This document shows positions 60,906-64,000 of a stretch of DNA of 64,000 bases, piece after piece. Positions within the stretch are counted from its first letter, which is position 1; each line of letters begins with the position of its first letter. The DNA comes from Candidatus Poribacteria bacterium (lineage in GTDB: Bacteria; Poribacteria; WGA-4E; WGA-3G). The notes under the pieces were generated by a model that worked only from the letters and a program-made list of their open reading frames with translations, was not told where the DNA came from and ran no database searches. The translations under genes and the position numbers were made by a program. Location of the stretch: assembly GCA_965198235.1 (NCBI GenBank), contig OZ240248.1, positions 2,987,412-3,051,411 of the forward strand, read 5' to 3'.

Positions 60906-61691
60906 ATGCGTTTTAGGTATCTATCTCTTTTTCGATGTAGTCAAGTTTTTAAAAAAGTAGAACTTGCGCTTAAAATTATCGTGCTTTTGCTGAGCATCGG
61001 TATAACAGTACAAGCATCGGCAGTATTGTTGTTTCATGATGACTTTGAGAAAGATAAAATCGGAGCAGAACCCGACAAATGGGAGGTTGGGCACGACGGA
61101 AGCACAACCGCAGAAGTCGTCGCCGATCCGAAAAAAGCAAGTAATAAGGTTTTGTTAACTGCTGACAAAGCATCTAATGCTTCACGGCACGATGTCGGTG
61201 GTTCTATCTATGTCGTCGGGGATGCAGGTTGGGACGATTATGTCGCTGAATGGGATATGATGTTTCCTGATGACTTCTATATGGGGGTTGTCTTCCGATT
61301 TCAAGGCGGTGAAAAGTTCTACTTGAGTGACCGGCGGCAAGGCGGTAGAGATTACAACTTTTACAAACGCCAAGGCGGCTGGGCACTCGTCCAAGCGGGG
61401 GTGGTGGAAAATAAACCCGAAGTCTGGTATCGCGCACAACTCGTTCTCGCCGGTGATGAATTCACATTCAAGTTGAAAGAACGGAAGGACAAGACCCCAT
61501 TTGACAAGGTCGATCCAGCGACAGAAGGTAAAGACGGAAATTTCAAAACGGGTAAGTTCGGCAACTACGGGCTTGTTTATATTGATAACATCTTTATCGG
61601 TGACGCTGTCGAAGACCTCGTTTTACCCGTCGAACCACGGGATAAGTTAAGCACGACATGGGGAACAATTAAAGGTGGCTACTGGAGATAG
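60906..61691 (+). CDS. Secreted DUF1080/LamG-like jelly-roll protein with TTWGxIK tail
   Basis: ORF 60855-61691. Start at ATG 60906 (signal anchor). FHDDFEKDKIG...WDDYVAEWDMMF...VVFRFQ pattern. Ends EPRDKLSTTWGTIKGGYWR. Confidence 0.75.
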   Translation: MRFRYLSLFRCSQVFKKVELALKIIVLLLSIGITVQASAVLLFHDDFEKDKIGAEPDKWEVGHDGSTTAEVVADPKKASNKVLLTADKASNASRHDVGGSIYVVGDAGWDDYVAEWDMMFPDDFYMGVVFRFQGGEKFYLSDRRQGGRDYNFYKRQGGWALVQAGVVENKPEVWYRAQLVLAGDEFTFKLKERKDKTPFDKVDPATEGKDGNFKTGKFGNYGLVYIDNIFIGDAVEDLVLPVEPRDKLSTTWGTIKGGYWR

Positions 61692-61898
61692 ACGCGTTCA
61701 GGAAAAGCGTGGAAGGTTGGAAACGGGATCTTCACACAGAGTAATTCTTCTCTTCTTCCATCCTTCTGTTCTTTGGATTGGCGTGTAAGCGCAACCGGGG
61801 TCCCCACCCGTTACTGGGAAGGGGCGGGCGCGCTGGATATACGGGTGGAACGTTATCATTACGACTCACCTGACCGAACCGCAAGGGAAAGTAAAAAA

Positions 61899-63185
61899 AT
61901 GTCAATGTACATTGCCCACGGTGGAAAAGACACCGTTATCACATCTGAAGAGAAACGCGCACTTCTACGCGAGGTACTCCTCAAGTTAGGCGGTGTTCCA
62001 AAGAAGATATTGGTAATCCCGCCGGATATAACACGCCTCCACTCAAACGCTGGCGAACTCACCCAACTGCTCTACGAATTGTGGGATGCCGCAAACGGCA
62101 CCACGTTCGATATCCTTCCCGCTATCGGTACGCATGCTCCGATGAGCGAACCCCAAATTGCTGAGATGTACGGCGATCTGCCCAAAGCGACCTATCATGT
62201 CCATCACTGGCGGACTGGACTACACCACTTCGGTGAAGTGCCATCCGAGTTCGTGCAGGAAGTTTCGGGAGGCAAACTCGATTACAGCATTCCTGTCGCC
62301 GTCAATCGCCGTCTCGTAGAGGGAAACTACGAACTCATCATCTCCGTCGGACAGGTGATTCCGCATGAGGTTATCGGTATCGCCAATGGATTTAAGAACA
62401 TCCTCGTCGGTGCGGGTGGTGTTGAGATGATCAACAAATCCCATTTTTTAGGTGCCGTAGACGGAATGGAACGACTTATGGGACGGACGGATACCTCTGT
62501 CAGAAGGGTACTTAATTACGCGCATGCACACTACCTGAAGCAGCTCGGTATTGTGTATGTTATGAGTGTCATGGATGCCGATAATTCTGGAGAACGCGTA
62601 ATGCGTGGACTTTACGTCGGTGATGATGCGTACACTTTTGAGACTGCTGCCGAATTGAGCAGAGCCGTTAATATGACGTTCTTAGACGAACCTTTAGCAA
62701 AAGTAGTCGTCTATTTGGATCCGAGGGAGTTCAAAAGCACATGGCTCGGTAACAAGGCGATCTATCGCACCCGGATGGCGATGGCGGACGATGGCGAGTT
62801 GATTATCATCGCACCCGGACTCCGTGAATTCGGTGAGGACGCTGAAATCGATAGGCTCATCCGGAAGTATGGCTATCGAGGCACACCCACAACGCTCAAT
62901 GCTGTCTCAGAAAACCCGGAGTTGCAAGACAACCTTTCCGCCGCTGCACACTTGATTCACGGTAGTACCGAAGGACGTTTCAAGGTCACCTACGCGACCG
63001 AACACCTCACCCAAGCCGAAATTGAATCGGTCGGCTACCAATGGGCACCTGTGGACGAAGTGCTTGCCGAATACAATCCCGAAATGCTTATCGATGGGTT
63101 CAACGATGGCGGTTTCTTCTACATTAGCGAACCCGGACAAGGTTTGTGGGCATTGCGCTCTCGGTTTGGTAGGAGGGGTTTGTAA
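61899..63185 (+). CDS. LarA-like (lactate racemase N-terminal domain, DUF2088) protein
   Basis: ORF 61773-63185. Start at ATG 61899. ILVIPPDITRLHS and GTHAPM are typical of the LarA N-domain. Confidence 0.7.
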   Translation: MSMYIAHGGKDTVITSEEKRALLREVLLKLGGVPKKILVIPPDITRLHSNAGELTQLLYELWDAANGTTFDILPAIGTHAPMSEPQIAEMYGDLPKATYHVHHWRTGLHHFGEVPSEFVQEVSGGKLDYSIPVAVNRRLVEGNYELIISVGQVIPHEVIGIANGFKNILVGAGGVEMINKSHFLGAVDGMERLMGRTDTSVRRVLNYAHAHYLKQLGIVYVMSVMDADNSGERVMRGLYVGDDAYTFETAAELSRAVNMTFLDEPLAKVVVYLDPREFKSTWLGNKAIYRTRMAMADDGELIIIAPGLREFGEDAEIDRLIRKYGYRGTPTTLNAVSENPELQDNLSAAAHLIHGSTEGRFKVTYATEHLTQAEIESVGYQWAPVDEVLAEYNPEMLIDGFNDGGFFYISEPGQGLWALRSRFGRRGL

Positions 63186-63222
63186 CCCCGAAACGAATTT
63201 CCATAGGAAGAAGGAGAACAGA

Positions 63223-63441
63223 ATGCAACCCTTCAAGATTATTGTCGAAAAACATACCGATGGCTATGTCGCCTATCCACTCGGATTGAAAGGTGTTGTT
63301 ATAGGTCAAGGCGACACCTACGAGGAGAGTGTTGCGGATGTCACTTCAGCAATTCGGTTTTATATTGAGACTTTCGGAAAAGAGGAACTTGAAATTGAGG
63401 AACCTGCCTTGGACGTTTTCGTAACTGAAGTGAATATCTAA
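63223..63441 (+). CDS. hicB: HicB-family antitoxin
   Basis: ATG 63223 follows AAGGAG. FKIIVEKHTDGYVAYPLGLKGVVIGQGDTYEESVADVTSAI matches the UPF0150/HicB fold pattern. Confidence 0.8.
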   Translation: MQPFKIIVEKHTDGYVAYPLGLKGVVIGQGDTYEESVADVTSAIRFYIETFGKEELEIEEPALDVFVTEVNI

Positions 63442-63680
63442 TGCTTCGTTTTCCAACAGATGCCCCAAAAAACAGAGTTATCCGTGCATTAGAACGATTA
63501 GGATATCGCATAATCCGTGAACGGAATCATATTTGTATGACGCGTGAAAATTCAGATGGGAGTCGAAGTGTATTGGTTCTGCCAAATCATCGTCGTATCA
63601 AAGGCTCAACTTTGCGCCGAATTTGTACGCAGGCTGGAATTTCCAGAGATGCTTTTCTGGAAGCTTATAATCTGATATGA
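63441..63680 (+). CDS. hicA: HicA-family mRNA interferase toxin
   Basis: VIRALERLGYRIIRERNHICMTRE....VLPNHRRIKGSTLRRICTQAGISRDAF. TAATG overlap with hicB. Confidence 0.85.
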   Translation: MLRFPTDAPKNRVIRALERLGYRIIRERNHICMTRENSDGSRSVLVLPNHRRIKGSTLRRICTQAGISRDAFLEAYNLI

Positions 63681-63681
63681 A

Positions 63682-63765
63682 GATGGGTTCAATAACTGCG
63701 TTTTTTTCTACATCAGCGAACCTGGACAAGGCTTATGGACACTGCGATCACAGTTCAATAAGTAG
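63682..63765 (+). pseudogene. Displaced duplicate of the LarA-like gene 3' end
   Basis: Encodes DGFNNCVFFYISEPGQGLWTLRSQFNK*, against DGFNDGGFFYISEPGQGLWALRSRFGRRGL* at 63093-63185. 63 of 84 nt identical by hand alignment. Confidence 0.75.
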
Positions 63766-63800
63766 ATAACGTGTCGTAATCATCGAAATTGGGGCACCCA

Positions 63801-64000
63801 GTGCAAAGTCCAAATCCGCGGATAGTTTCTCAGGAAATAGACAGAAATACGGATGTCACCACTTGGGTACTTCCAGAAGGGGCAATTGCCCGATTAGGAC
63901 GTGGAAGAGTAGGTGCTGTTGGATTTTCTCCAGATGGAGAGCACCTCGCTATCGTCCCAGTCGCATCCCAATTACTTTTTCACCTGACGGAAGGCTCCTC
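63801..64000 (+). CDS. WD40-repeat protein, 5' part (runs off the right edge)
   Basis: GTG 63801. LPEGAIARLGRGRVGAVGFSPDGEHLAI is a typical first WD40 blade. A second FSPDGRLL motif appears only about 15 codons later, in another frame. Confidence 0.4.
   Translation, partial: MQSPNPRIVSQEIDRNTDVTTWVLPEGAIARLGRGRVGAVGFSPDGEHLAIVPVASQLLFHLTEGS

Overview
This 64-kb window looks like a chromosomal segment from an uncultivated-type bacterium. The gene content includes many secreted LamG/concanavalin-type proteins, CRTAC1/FG-GAP, TPR, HEAT, WD40, Gfo/Idh/MocA, xylose-isomerase-like TIM barrels and PhyH. That mix is reminiscent of PVC/Poribacteria-like genomes, but taxonomy cannot be fixed from the sequence alone. 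I support about 55 protein-coding genes. Clear housekeeping genes are serA, the argC-lpxB-lpxK operon, trxB, msrA, moaC, tatA and an HtrA protease. I saw no rRNA, tRNA or CRISPR array by eye. Accessory content: (1) an AT-rich single-gene Type IIG restriction-modification enzyme; (2) a DUF104-antitoxin/PIN-toxin pair whose toxin gene is cut by an IS630-family element at a CTAG site, followed by a 3'-truncated IS3/IS150-like element and orphan gene fragments; (3) a hicBA cassette flanked by diverged duplicates of the 3' end of a LarA-like gene; (4) decaying LamG genes; (5) a DUF4351/Rpn fragment. The most unusual feature is non-genic. A small vocabulary of 12-35 nt repeat words fills almost every intergenic spacer. 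It supplies an identical 33-nt block ending in the ATG of two unrelated genes. It also appears in frame inside at least two ORFs, a cyclase-STAND gene and lpxK. A second recurring feature is a conserved C-terminal tail (V-x-P-x-x-K-L-x-T-T-W-G-x-I-K) on six secreted jelly-roll proteins of two domain types. All calls come from hand reading and the supplied ORF track. No database search was run.
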